Source: Gracilinanus agilis (Eukaryota). Taken from it: 64,000 nt of DNA. How positions within the stretch are numbered: position 1 is the stretch's first letter; the number at the start of each line of letters is the position of its first letter. Under the pieces are notes generated by a model. It had not been told where the DNA came from and searched no databases. It saw nothing but the letters and a program-made list of their open reading frames with translations. Position numbers and translations under genes: made by a program. Positions 50,701 to 61,399 of this stretch are shown one piece after another. The DNA lies in contig NC_058131.1 in the NCBI RefSeq assembly GCF_016433145.1, positions 232,045,076 to 232,109,075 of the forward strand, written 5' to 3'.

Positions 50701-53435
50701 AATTGTAGCAGGTTTCAGAAGCTAAATAACCAAATGGCTCCCGTGAACAGAATCATATGCATAAAAAGACTGAAATCCTGTTCCTTAGCACCCTAGGATC
50801 TAAAAGAGACCATTTATAAATACAGAAACATAGACAGTTGTTGGAGTCAAATATACACATGCACAAACAGCTTTCCTCGCCAAGCTCCAAATTCTTGGCA
50901 GTTAAGTGGGTGGAAGTGTGGGGAAAGCGAAGGAGGGAGGACAAGCTTAGGGAGAGCTGGATAAAAGCTGTTGGATTTGAGGTCCTGTTCTGTTTTGACT
51001 CAGGCAGAAGGATATTTCCTGTTCTCTCTTGTTAATTTGATCCCTTAGGACTCAGCTTGAGAAAGGCCTACAGACAAAATCTCAGAGTTGGAAGGGATCT
51101 CCAGACCATGTGGTCTAACTCATGCTGGGTCAAGAATACTGTCTAGAATATCCTCAAATAATAATCCTGCCTTAGCCTGAAGACCTGTAGTAAGGGGAAA
51201 CCCAGTCCCTCCCAAGGCAGCCATTCTGGTTTTAGACAGCTCTAATTATTCAAAGTTATTCCTGTCATTTGGTCTAAATCTATGTCTTTGAAGCTTCCAC
51301 TTTTTGTTCCTCTCCCAGCTATAAATCTGCCTCTCCAGACTTCTATACTATGACTCCCTTGACTTCCAATCCTGGAATATACTTGAGTCATATCAGACCC
51401 CTTCTCCCATGGCTAAATTTCATCTGAGGTAGGTGCCTCCATTTTACAGATGGGCCCAGGCTAGCCATGCTTCATTCCTTTCTTGGCTGCACTTCTGTCA
51501 CCTTGCCTTCAAGCAAGTACCATTACTCCCAACCCTTTCTAACTTCCCTTTTATGTGCCGTCTTCCCCTAATAGAATCGAAGTTTCTTAGGAAGTTTTCA
51601 AAGGAAAAAAATCCAAGCTATTGACAGCCATATTTTTAAAAGCTCTAAATCACTAATTATCAAAGGAATGAAAATGAAAACAACTCTTAGATGCCACCTC
51701 ACATCTATCAGATTGCCCATGTTGACAAAAATAAATAAATAAATAAATAAAGGAAAATGATAAATGCTGGAGGGCTGTGAGAAAACAGGTATGTTTTTGC
51801 ACTGTTGGTGGAGCTGTAAACTGGTCCAACAGCAGTTTGGAACCAACCCCCCAAAGCTATAAAATTGTGTATACCCTTTGATTCAGCAATACCACTACTA
51901 GGTATAAACACTCCAAAGAGATCAAAGAAAGAGTAAAAGGACCCACATGAACAAAAATATTTATTCTAACACCTTTTTGTGATAGCGGAGAATTGGAAAC
52001 TGAAGGGCTGCCCAACAATTAGAGAATGGCTGAACAAGTTATGGTATGTGAATGTGATAGAATACTCTTGTGCCATATGAAACACCTGGGAAGAATTGTG
52101 CGAATTGATTCGTTAAAGTGAGCAGAATCAGAACAAGTTACACAACATTGTAAAGATGCTCTGATCACCACAATGACCAGCCAACAATTCCAAAGAATTT
52201 ATGATGAAACGTGCTAATCACCTCCAGATAAAAAGCCAATGAAGTCAGAATGTAGACTGAAGCATATCCTCCCCCCCACCCCAAATCAAGCAAACTGAGC
52301 TTCAAATTGTATAGGATACAGGTACGGCTGTGAAATGGCCAATTTTTTGCTCACTACCTAATTCCAGATCACAGAAGCAAGGTTGATTGTGAAGGGGACC
52401 CGTGCAAGGAATGGAATTCCACAATGAGAAATGGTTACAGGCATGAGGCTAGGTACTGCAAGAAGTATGTTAAAAAACAAGGAATTCCTGTGTGGCAGAG
52501 AAGGATCTCAGTTCCAGCCTCCTGCCCAGTTTGCAGTCTGCAAAGGAACCATCTGGGAAGGAGTTCTGGACCAGAGGGGAGCTTGAATTTCTGCACCCTA
52601 TGTGCAAGAAACACTTCCCAGTTGGCTGATAGTAGTTGAGTTGTCTAACAGCAGTTCTCTGAAATTAAAATTGGGGCAAGTTCACAGACTTGTTGCTCAG
52701 ACCTAAACCCAGATCAGGAATTTACAGAGCTCAAACCAGGAAGGCAGAGTTCAGATTTACCCTATGAAGTACCAGATGAATTTAGGACCACTGAAAGCTT
52801 GCAGATCCCTAGCCTGAGCTGACTGAGATTTTGCAATAACATAACCCTCAATACCCCTAAGAAAGCAGCAGTAAGAACCTAGAGGACACAAGATCAGCTC
52901 CAGCATCCCTCCAGAAAAGGGCAGAACCTAATCCTAACAAATTCTGAAGTTAGGAAGTAGGCTGAAAGCATGAGATGAACAAAGATAATTATAATCTCAT
53001 CATAAAAACTTATTATGGTGACAGACACTCAAGCCAAAAGCCTTGGAGATAAGATAACTTTAAAATGGGGGAGGTAGGGCCAGGTTAAGTGGTTCAGGGG
53101 ATAAAGAGCCAGGCCTAGAGATGGGATGTCCTGGGTTCAAATCTGACCTCAGATACTTCCTAGTTGTATGACCCTGGACAAGTCACTTAACCCACATTGC
53201 TTAGTTAGCCCTTACCATTCTTCTAAGGCAGAAGGTAAGGGTTTAAAAAAAAAAAAAAAAAAAAGCAGGGCAGCTGGGTAGCTCAGTGGAGTGAGAGTCA
53301 GGCCTAGAGACAGGAGGTCCTAGGTTCAAACCCGGCCTCAGCCACTTCCCAGCTGTGTGACCCTGGGCAAGTCACTTGACCCCCCATTGCCCACCCTTAC
53401 CAATCTTCCACCTATGAGACAATACACCGAAGTAC

Positions 53436-53478
<43 letters not shown>

Positions 53479-56400
53479 TGGGGAATGGGTTCGTAAGGAA
53501 ACAAAAGACTTCCAGGCATTCCTGATAAAAAGACAAGAGCTACATAAAACCTGAAGTGCAAATACATGTGTCTAAAGAAATATAAAAAGGTAAATATGAG
53601 CAAGCAATCATAAGGAATTATACAAGGATTATTTTTTTACATTATGAGATGATACAAATATGCCCTCTGTCCTCTACCATCATTAGTGGTCCAAGAAAGC
53701 ATCTAATTAGACTGAGGACTGGGGAGTAGTTCTATTACGTTTTAATTGTCTTAAAAGAACAAAAAGGAGGGCGGAGGGACCCCAGTAAGATGGGAAGGGA
53801 GAGAAAGGAGAGAGCAAATTTCACAACATCAGGGTGCAAAAGAAGATATCTATACAAACAAGGAGGGTAGAGTGGGAGGAGCAAGTGACACTTAAACCTT
53901 ATTCTCTTCTGAACCAATCAAAGGAGGGGAAAACATATATATATACAATTAGGTACAGATATGCATTTCACTTATCAGTGAAACAAGAAGAACATGGGAG
54001 AATGGAGAAGGAGGAATAAAAGGGAGGATAAATTAATGGAAGGAACAGTCCTAAGCAAAACACACATTAACCAAGGATGCACAGAAATAGATGGTTTCAG
54101 GAAAAAGAAGAACCAGAAGAATAACTGATGTGGAAGCAAATAACTCTGAAAGACTTAGGAATTCTGATAAACACAATAGCCAATCAGGATTTCAGAATGA
54201 GCTCCATAATGAAACTTGCTACCTATTCAGAATACAGGTTGAGATATTATTTATTTTTTGGACATGGCTACTATACATGTTTATTTTTATTTTTATTTTT
54301 TAAAACCCTTATCTTCCACCTTAGAATCAATACAATATATTAGTTCCAAGGCAGAAGAGTGGTAAAGACTAGGCAATGGGGATTAAGTGACTTGCCCAGG
54401 GTCACACAGCTGTGAAGAGGCCAGATTTGAACCTAGGACCTCCTATCTCTAGGCCTGGCTCTCAATCCACTGAACTACTCAGTATCCATGTTTATTAAAG
54501 TAGTTCTGTTGTTGTACTTTTTTACAGTTGGGGGTGGGAGAGGTGGGAAAATGAGAAAGTAGATTTTTGTTGATTGATAATAAAATTTAATTCAGATTTT
54601 AAAAGAATTTAAACTCCTTGAGAACAAGAAATGTCTTTCCTTTTGTTTGTATTTCTAATCCCAGTGATTATCAGCACATTAGACTCTTAATAAATGTTTT
54701 CCCTTCCCTGTCTTTTGTCATTGCTTCTAGTTTTGCTCTCCGGAGCCAAGCAGAAGAAGCCCAATCTGTCATCAGTACAGCAGACTTTCAGCTATTTGAA
54801 GATCGCTATCACATCTTTCCTCCTAACAAGTCTTCTTCAGATAGAAGTCCCCATCTAACAACTATTAAGTCTTCCCTTCACCAAACAGAATAGCTCTTCA
54901 AACCAGACACCCAAATTGGCTTTTAATTTAAAGGAGTCAAACTTCCTGCTCTTGTCCCAAAACTTAGAAAATGGAACAATTGGATATTGGAGCAAACTGG
55001 AAAAATAAAACTCTGTAATTCCTGAAAAGCAAATTTTTCCAGCTCTTGGAATCCTTAATTTCCTTCAAAACTCAACTCTAGCACACCTTCTTGCCTCACT
55101 GGAGCTATATGTGAAATCCTTTCAGCTTGATAGAACTAGCTAGACCTTGAGCTCTGCTGGCATGGAGTCTTTTAGAACCCAGAAATCCCTTCCATATCAC
55201 AATTAAGCATCAGAGTAGTATAAGAATCAGGTTAGCCTCCCACTGTGCTATTAAGAATAGTACAGCAAAAAGATTTGGTTGTCTTGTGCCTTAGGCTTTG
55301 GAGGACTCTTAGTCCCTGGCTGATCCAGCCATGCCCCCCTTAAATCATCCCTGTTCAAAATGAGCATACCTAGAGGTTGGCCAGAATCAAAAGCAGGTTT
55401 CAGGAGTGGGAAGAGAGAAGGAAGGACTGGATACATTCTAAGAGGCCCTAGTTTATAGATCCTGGGCTTCACCTGCCGCCTTCTCTCCCCACAACTTTGA
55501 CAGAATGTTCTGGCTTTTTGTACTGTGTCTGCCTCACTAAGTGCTCGGTATGCAGTATCAATTCTTAACATACTGTCCTTTTTTTAAAAGGCATTACCCT
55601 TTGCCATCAGGAAGGTAGCATTTTACTCTATTCTCATACCTTAGGGATCTAATGAGATGTTCTAATCTGGATTCCCTTGCTATCTTCCCCTAGTTTCAGT
55701 AGAAAAGACTCAGTTTCTCTACCTGTAAAATGAGGATACTATTCCCTTAAAGGGTTGTAAAAATTAAATTAAATGATATATGTAAAGTACTCATCTGGAT
55801 TCCCTTACTATCTTCCCCTAGTTTCAGTAGGAAAGACTCAGTTTCTCTATCTGTAAAATGAGGATACTATTCCCTTATAGAGCTGTAAGAATTAAATTAA
55901 ATGATATATGTAAAGTACTTCTTTAATTATAAAGTGCTACACAAATTTTAGCTGATATTATTGCATTATTTGGTACAGTTGAATCAGCAAGAGTCTTCTA
56001 TGGTCTACGCCTTATATTCTCTCCAAAGCAAGGACCATAAGAATTGGGAAATGGTAGTCTTGAGTGATGTTGGGGGAGGAGAGGAATGTGGGAAAAAACA
56101 CACACAATAGTAATATCTAGGTAAAAATACCAGAATGTGCTATGTAGTTAGCTAGCACTCAGTAGTGCTAGATAGCAGGTTCTAAGGTCAGCCTCCTGAG
56201 TGGATGGAATGCCTTGGAGGACCCATGGAGTTGCTCTGGCCTGCTTTATACCTTCACTGATTGTCCCAAGCTTCATCGTTTATAGTTTACTTTGTCCATC
56301 CTCCTGCCCCAGGACCGAACTGCCTAGTTAGCCAACATAACCAGGAAGTTCCTGCCAACCTAAATTGCTCCCGTTCCATCTATTTCACATTGGCCTTTTT

Positions 56401-59400
56401 CAGTGGAGTTGGAGGAAAACTGATTTTATTATCTAAACCACAGAATTTATAGATTCTCAGTTCTGTATTATGTCTGAAATGGAACCAATGATCTTTCCCC
56501 ACCCACTCATTCTTCTTCCATATTTGCCTCTCTCTATTGAGGGCACCACCATTCTGCCAGTCTCTCAGTTTTCTCCCTTTTCCTTATCACACATATCCAA
56601 TCAGTTACTAAATCTTGCTATTTCTATCTTCACAATCTCTCTCTCTCTCTCTCTTATTCCATCCTTTTTATCTACCCACATAACTACCATTTCATTTCAT
56701 GCCCTCATCACATTTCATCTAGATTATTGCAACAATCTCAAAATTGGCCTCCCTATCTTAAATCGCTCCTCACTGCGCTCTATCATTCACAATGTTTCCA
56801 GTGATTTTCCTGAGGTAAAGGACTGATCATAGCACTTTCCTACTCAGTAAACTTAGTAGCTTCCAACATACCTTTCCAGCCTCATTTTACAGTGCTCCTC
56901 TCTATTCTGTTATCCAGCCACACTGGGCTTTTTTCTGGTCTCCACAAACATTGCCCTGGTTATCCCCAAAGCTTAGAATGCATTCCCTCATCCACACCTC
57001 AGAGAGTTCCTTTCTTCCCTCAAGACATAGCTCAAGTATTACCTTCTATATGAAACCTTTCCAATACCTTCAGGTAATAGGGCCCTTCCTTTCAAATCAC
57101 CTTACAGTTAACTATTTTGTGTTTATTCCTTGTATATTTATATATGTAGTTGTCGCCTCTCTGGTAAGAATAGTGGGGATTGTTCCATTCACTATATTTG
57201 AATTCTCAGCTCCTAGCACAGTGCAGCACATAATAGGTACTTACACACAGTAGGTGTTTAATTTAATTACCTTGATTACTGAAGGCTTTTATATTTGGGT
57301 TATCTCAGTTCTCTTTTCATCCTTTCTCCTCTGCCCTTTTATGAGTTCACTGCCTATTAGAATCTTAGAGAATTTCAAAGCTGGAAGGAACCCCAAAGCC
57401 AGCTAGCATAAATCCATATCTCTAAAGGAATACTCTCTATATGCTTGACAAGTGACCATCCATGATTTTCTTGAAGGTTCTCAGTAAAAGGGAACCTACC
57501 AACTCCTAAAAGCCCATTTTCACTTTTGGATAGCTCTTGTTAATTTTTTCCTTATATTGGACCTCAACTGGCCTCTTCGTACATTCTGGGTCTACAATAA
57601 CACCTTCAACACAATAGGCCTTCAAATCAAAATCTGAAACATGAAGTTATTGTGTACTCTCTGAGTCTTTTCTTATCTTCAAGCTAAGCACCCCCACTTC
57701 CTTCAATGAATCCTTATTTGGTAGGAACTCTAAACCTAAATTCTGGCTGCTCTCTCCTGGAGACTCTTTAGCATACTAATGCCCTTCCTAAAATATGGAA
57801 TCCAGAACTGAATACAATATTCCAGAGATGTTCTGTCTAGGAAAGATGTCTCCTTTTCAGGATCTTCATCCAGATCATACTAATAATAGACGTCCCTCAA
57901 AAGCCTGGTTTGGGCCTTCTTGGCTCACTCAGCTGCCTCTGCTGGTGATCTCATCACTTCCCATGGGTCTGTCATCCTTTATGTAGATGATTTCCAGATC
58001 TCTCTCTTGACCTCCCATCTTGCCTTTTTAACATCTCAAACTAGATGTCCCATAAGCATTCCAAATTCTATATATCTAATACAGAACTCAGGATTTTCTC
58101 CTTCTAAACCCTCCCTTCTTCCCAACTTTAGTATTACTGTTTTGGGGCCACCATTCTTTATTGCCCAAACTTACAACCTTGGTGTCCCCCTTGATTCCTT
58201 ACTCTCATTCACTACACCCTATCCAATCTATTTCCAAGTCTTGTTTCTTCTACCTTCTTTGAATTTTCTTATCTCCACTCAGAGCCACATTCTTGGTAAA
58301 GGCCATCATTGCTTTATGTTTGGACTATTGCAAGTGGGTGGTCTCCCTACCTCTAGTTTTGTCCCACTCTAATCCATCCTTCACTCTACCAAAAGTCCAT
58401 ATCTAATCACATCCCTCTTTTACTTGGTAAACTCCAGGATCGCATATGAAATCCCTTGTTTGGTTTTCAAAGTCTTTCACTACCTGGCCCCCTCTTACCT
58501 TCCCAGACTTCTTATGTTTTACTCCCTTCCATAGATTCTATGACTCCACACACTCCAATGACACTGGCCTTTTTGACATTCTTTGCACATATCATTTCCC
58601 AAATGCATACCATTTTCCCTGGCTATCTCTCATGCTTGGAATGCTCTCCCTCCCTCCCTACAAATTCTGGCTTCCCTAGCATCCTTTAAAACTGCTCAGA
58701 GGGGCAGCTGGGTAGCTCAGTGGATTGAGAGCCAGGCCTAGAGACGGGAGGTCCTAGGTTCAAATCCGGCCTCAGACACTTCCCAGCTGTGTGACCCTGG
58801 GCAAGTCACTTGACCCCCATTGCCTACCCTTACCACTCTTCCACCTATCAGTCAATACACAGAAGTTAAGGGTTTAAAATACAAAAAAAAAAAAACAAAC
58901 CAAAAAAAAAAAAAAAACTGCTCAGATCACTCATCCCCAGTCTTTTTCACTGCTAGTGCCTTCCCTCTGAACTCTCTTCCATTTCCACCATACATAAGTT
59001 TATATATATATATATATATATATCTTGTACAAAGTATTGTCATCAACATATTATCATTTCCCTGCCCCCCTACCCCAATTAAAATGTGAACTCTAGGGCA
59101 AAGGATATATTTTTGCCTTTCTTATGCCACCAGCACTTAACACAATGTCTGGAACATAGTAAACTCTTAATGTTTTTGAGTAAAGCATGATGATTACCTC
59201 CTTATTCCTGGAAGCTGTGTCTCTCAGTTCAGCCCAAGATCACATGTTGACTTGAGCTTTACAATACCCCAAAGCCCCCAGAACTTTATTGATTACTGTC
59301 TGTTTCTCTCTCTTATATTTTTGAAGTTATTTTTTTTAACCCAAGTGTAAAATCGCTTTACTAGATTCAACTCAACAGTATAACCAATCCAGATCTTTCT

Positions 59401-61366
59401 TAATCTTGACTCTAGCATCCGGGGCGTTGGCCATCCAATCAGGAAATCTGGTGAGGTTTTTATCCAAGTCAATGATAAGTATGTTAAATAGCACAAATTC
59501 AAACATAGGTCCCTGGAGTACTTCACTAACAATATCCTTTTATGTTCTGTTTGTTTTTTTTAAACTTTTACCTTCTGTACTAAGCATTGGTTCCAAGGCA
59601 GAAGAGCAGTAAGGGCTAGGCAATGGGGTGACTTGCTGAAAGCAGGTAGGTGGCTCAGTGGATTGATAGCCAGGTCCAGAGACTGGAGGTTCTGGGTTCA
59701 AATCTCACCTCAGATACTTCCTAGCTGTATGACACTGGACAAGTCACTTAACCTCCATTGCCTAACCATTACCACTCTTCTGCCTTGAAATCAGTACACA
59801 GGGGCTTAAAAAAGTGGCTTGCCCAGGGCCACATAGCTAGGAAGTGTCTGAGGCCATATTTGAGCCCACAACTTTCCTTTTCTAGGCCTAGCTCTCAATT
59901 CAGTGAGCCACTTAGATGCCCCAATATCCTTTTATGTTGATGGTACATCATTAATGACTATTTGTAGGGTCCAGCCCTTCAGTTCTATATCTACCTAGCT
60001 TATATTTCTCCATCTTGTCCACAAGGATTGCACAAGAGATTTTGTCAAATGACTTCCAAAAGTTAAATGTCTATAGCACACCTCTACTCTACCAGTCTAG
60101 TAACCCTACCAGAATAGTGATCCTGAGTCACATAGATTTGGGGCTTTTGTGGGAAGAGGGGGCAAACCTGAGCCAGAAAGAGAGAAGAATCTCTCACATT
60201 CCATTTCTAGAAGGGCTCCCACTGGTTCTTGTTCAGCCATGCTCTCACTTAGACCTTATCCTAGACCTAGAAACTAAATCCACAAACAATCCCAGCAAAG
60301 GCATCTAGGCATGGCCCAGCAGCAGGAAGGACCTGAGAGAGCTGGATGAGGTTTCCCTAGTATGGCCTGTTCTCAATGCTGCTTCCTTTTCTATATACAT
60401 ACTAACCATCCCTTTGATAATATCCTCCAAAAATTTTCAAGGCTTCAATCAAGTTACAGTTTGCAGGATCTATTCTCTTGGCCCTTCTCCAATCCTTTGT
60501 CTGTAATCTTCCATTCTCTCTGATCTTCCAGACGTCAAAGATAAACAGTAGTTTGCACATATGTGCTTTCTAGGCTTAAATACTCATATAGGCATTTTTT
60601 TATGGCAGCAATAACATGGAAACAAAGTGGAGTCCCATCAATGACATAGCAAAATTGTGGCATGCAAACACGATGGAATAATATTGTGCCATAAATAACA
60701 ATGCATATAAATAGTTCAGAGAAACATGGGAAAATATGCAAACAGATCCAGTGAAATAAGCAGAACTAGAAAAACAATATACACAATGACTACAATGTGA
60801 ATGGAAAGAACAATAAAACGAAAGGGATTGTGATGCATTTATAAAGACCTGGCAGAGAAGAGAAGATGAGTGAGAAATTGTACTTCCTTTAATTGGAGAG
60901 GTGAGAGACTATTGTATGAAATGCCCTTTAACGAAATGCCTTTAACATCACAGGCTATCAAAGGCCTATTGTTTCATGTTTTCATTTTTTTTTTTTTTTT
61001 TGCTAAAGTGTTTAAAAAATTTTTTGTGGGGAGGGTACAATAGGTGGCTTACTGGGCCAGGAAAAGGATTACATTTGGAAATAAATATGGTTTAAAAACA
61101 AAAGCCATCAACAAAAACTTTTCCACAAAAAAAACCAATATTTCTTTCCCCAACCCATATTTTAATCAGTAATTCCTTTCACCACACCCTGAGCCCACCT
61201 GGAAGACGTCATTGGCACACTTGCGGCACAGGTTGTGTTGGCAGGGCAGGATCACCACTGGCTTGGAGAACATCTCCAGGCAGATAGGGCAGATGAGTTG
61301 CTTCTCCAGGTTATCCATGCTGTGTGCATCTCCCAGCAGCGGCTTGAAACCCACTGCGAAGTTCAT
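28459..61366 (-). CDS. TRIM54: Tripartite motif protein 54 (MuRF3), RING/B-box/coiled-coil/COS with acidic tail, 360 aa; 8 coding exons
   Basis: Minus-strand coding exons: 61366-61199, 37212-37040, 31139-30968, 30634-30539, 29830-29597, 29452-29430, 29212-29088, 28550-28459 (TAG); total 1083 nt, GT-AG, phases consistent. Peptides [121 protein letters not shown] and [30 protein letters not shown] match recalled TRIM54. Confidence 0.97.
30156..30350 (+). mobile_element. Marsupial SINE
   Basis: SINE head, core and tail similarity. Confidence 0.65.
31658..31850 (+). mobile_element. Marsupial SINE
   Basis: SINE head, core and tail similarity. Confidence 0.7.
31860..35390 (-). mobile_element. Older degraded L1 sequence (3' end, ORF2 end and ORF1 fragments) hosting the younger L1
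   Basis: T-rich antisense L1 3'UTR at 31860-32144 continues at 33411; decayed L1 ORF2-end and ORF1-like sequence extends to ~35390. Confidence 0.65.
32145..33410 (-). mobile_element. L1 5'UTR plus 5' half of ORF1, 3'-truncated, flanked by a 15-bp TSD
   Basis: Minus strand begins GAGGGACTTCTGGGTTAAGATGGTGGC (L1 5' end/YY1-like). ORF1 ATG at 32787, frameshifted, then coiled-coil heptads and [28 protein letters not shown](C/G)ATTTT at 32130-32144 and 33411-33425. Confidence 0.85.
35395..36600 (+). mobile_element. Ancient L2 fragment with 3' end
   Basis: L2 ORF2-like body ending ...CCTGACACATAATAGGTGCT. Confidence 0.6.
36597..36830 (-). mobile_element. MAR1-like CORE-SINE
   Basis: Same MAR1 signature, antisense. 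Confidence 0.6.
37687..37890 (+). mobile_element. Marsupial SINE
   Basis: Full-length body with A tail. Confidence 0.8.
38193..38378 (-). mobile_element. SINE1_Mdo-like SINE with 12-bp TSD
   Basis: TSD AAGAACTACAAC at 38181-38192 and 38379-38390. Confidence 0.85.
38783..39030 (-). mobile_element. MAR1-like CORE-SINE
   Basis: Same MAR1 signature, antisense. Confidence 0.6.
39261..39324. repeat. (TC)32 microsatellite
   Basis: Uninterrupted dinucleotide run. Confidence 0.95.
39660..39669. promoter_or_regulatory. CArG box (SRF) in TRIM54 intron 1
   Basis: CCATATTTGG fits CC(A/T)6GG. Confidence 0.4.
39712..39919. mobile_element. Non-autonomous hAT/Charlie MITE (OposCharlie1/OC1-like), 208 bp
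   Basis: Perfect 14-bp TIRs CAGGGGTCGGCAAC / GTTGCCGACCCCTG; perfect 8-bp TSD CCCTAGAG at 39704-39711 and 39920-39927; many CpGs retained. Confidence 0.9.
40738..40990 (-). mobile_element. MAR1-like CORE-SINE
   Basis: Same MAR1 signature, antisense. Confidence 0.6.
41330..41650 (+). mobile_element. CR1/L3 fragment
   Basis: ATCTTGGGCTGCAGTAAGAGAGG...GGCCACACCTGGAGCAATGTGTCCAGTTCTAGG is typical of the CR1 RT 3' region. Confidence 0.65.
41748..41915 (-). mobile_element. Marsupial SINE (antisense)
   Basis: Reverse-complement SINE body next to a 28-nt A run (41720-41747). Confidence 0.7.
43975..44820 (+). mobile_element. Probable degraded LTR interrupted by a SINE
   Basis: LTR-like composition with an AT-rich U5 ending ...AATTCTTACA; 5' boundary uncertain. 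Confidence 0.35.
44517..44711 (+). mobile_element. Young SINE1_Mdo-like SINE
   Basis: Near-identical to the 58701 copy; (TAAA)n tail. Confidence 0.85.
44995..46980 (+). mobile_element. Degraded HAL1/L1-type element copy 1 (5'UTR + ORF1)
   Basis: Starts with GCCAAGATGG; A-rich decayed ORF1 (ENSSRRNN-like and IFQEIIREN-like segments); no ORF2 follows; interrupted by the SINE at 45520. Confidence 0.6.
45520..45708 (+). mobile_element. Young tRNA-derived SINE (SINE1_Mdo-like) with 18-bp TSD
   Basis: GGGCAGCTGGGTAGCTCAGTGG...GGTTCAAATCC (A and B boxes) and A tail; TSD AAAAAACTATTATGATGA at 45501-45518 and 45703-45720. Confidence 0.9.
47122..47786 (+). mobile_element. Solo ERV LTR (~665 bp) inserted within a SINE
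   Basis: Begins TG and ends with a CCCCTTATA (TG...CA-like) terminus; AATAAA 47687-47692; donor TGG|GTGAGT at 47467/47468. SINE head lies at ~46980-47121 and SINE tail resumes at 47787-47870. Confidence 0.6.
47886..48100 (+). mobile_element. Marsupial SINE
   Basis: Full-length body with A tail. Confidence 0.75.
48563..48790 (+). mobile_element. MAR1-like CORE-SINE
   Basis: Sense copy with CACTCCAGTATCTTTGCCAAG tail segment. Confidence 0.6.
49300..49740 (-). mobile_element. L1 ORF2 fragment
   Basis: T-rich antisense L1 RT-region sequence (AACCAACCTTGTATTTCTGGTAT..., TTTTTGCATCAATATTCATTAGAGATATTG). Confidence 0.6.
50000..50237 (+). mobile_element. MAR1-like CORE-SINE
   Basis: Sense copy with CACTCCAGTATCTTTGCCAAG and (AAC)n end. 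Confidence 0.6.
51590..52270 (+). mobile_element. L1 ORF2 C-terminal/3' fragment
   Basis: Decayed KSLIIREMQIKTTLRYHL...CWRGC...HCWW-like sequence typical of the end of L1 ORF2. Confidence 0.7.
53077..53470 (+). mobile_element. Two tandem SINEs (older copy 53077-53264, young copy 53267-53470 inserted at its A tail)
   Basis: Two SINE bodies head to tail; the second has a 29-nt poly(A). Confidence 0.85.
54295..54482 (-). mobile_element. Marsupial SINE (antisense)
   Basis: Reverse-complement full-length body inside the HAL1-like 3' end. Confidence 0.75.
55665..55919. repeat. Tandem duplication, period 128 bp, ~94% identical
   Basis: Unit 1 at 55665-55792 and unit 2 at 55793-55919 (ATCTGGATTCCCTT.CTATCTTCCCCTAGTTTCAGTAG...TGTAAAGTACT); includes a MIR 3' fragment. 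Confidence 0.9.
56450..57260 (+). mobile_element. Ancient L2 fragment
   Basis: L2-like body and ...GCACATAATAGGTAC 3' end. Confidence 0.55.
57360..57900 (-). mobile_element. CR1/L3 fragment
   Basis: Antisense CR1-like sequence (ATGGAATCCAGAACTGAATACAATATTCCAG). Confidence 0.5.
58701..58917 (+). mobile_element. Young SINE1_Mdo-like SINE with 13-bp TSD
   Basis: TSD AAAACTGCTCAGA at 58688-58700 and 58914-58926, at a TTT/AAAA endonuclease site; CpGs intact. Confidence 0.9.
59001..59023. repeat. (TA)11 microsatellite
   Basis: Direct reading. Confidence 0.9.
59230..60480 (-). mobile_element. CR1/L3 fragments interrupted by SINEs and by the 60110-60345 duplicate
   Basis: Antisense CR1 RT sequence (TTGTCAAATG...ACCAGTCTAGTAACCCT...ATGAGGTT...TATGGCCTGTTCTC). 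Confidence 0.55.
59565..59915. mobile_element. Cluster of SINE pieces (sense copy 59638-59800 between antisense fragments)
   Basis: SINE body similarity in both orientations; probably one SINE nested in another. Confidence 0.6.
60535..61130 (+). mobile_element. L1 3' end fragment in TRIM54 intron 1
   Basis: L1 ORF2-end and 3'UTR-like sequence ending in an A-rich tail. Confidence 0.5.
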
Positions 61367-61399
61367 CCCTTCGGTGGTCGTGCCCACCCCCCTTGGCCT

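Larger units (their letters stand above)
52300..54610 (+). mobile_element. Degraded HAL1/L1-type element copy 2 (ORF1 body deleted)
   Basis: 52620-53060 aligns with 45118-45750, and 53490-53740 aligns with 46540-46800. An L1-type 3' end lies at 54090-54610 with no intervening ORF2. Confidence 0.6.
57900..59170 (+). mobile_element. Ancient L2 fragment interrupted by the SINE at 58701
   Basis: L2 RT-region similarity (ATCACTTCCCATGGG...TATGTAGATGATTTCCAGATC). Confidence 0.55.

Noticed and set aside
44517-58917. tRNA-like sequences and recurring near-identical units as tRNA genes or a CRISPR array
   Set aside because: They are dispersed SINE heads with core, tail and TSDs: no complete cloverleaf and no repeat-spacer periodicity in this eukaryotic DNA.
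1237-61198. U12-type or non-canonical introns
   Set aside because: All mapped introns are GT-AG with U2-type donors; only one uses an AAG acceptor (8191).
61367-61387. Upstream in-frame start for TRIM54 (MGTTTEG)
   Set aside because: It is a GTG; the ATG at 61366 matches the known N-terminus.
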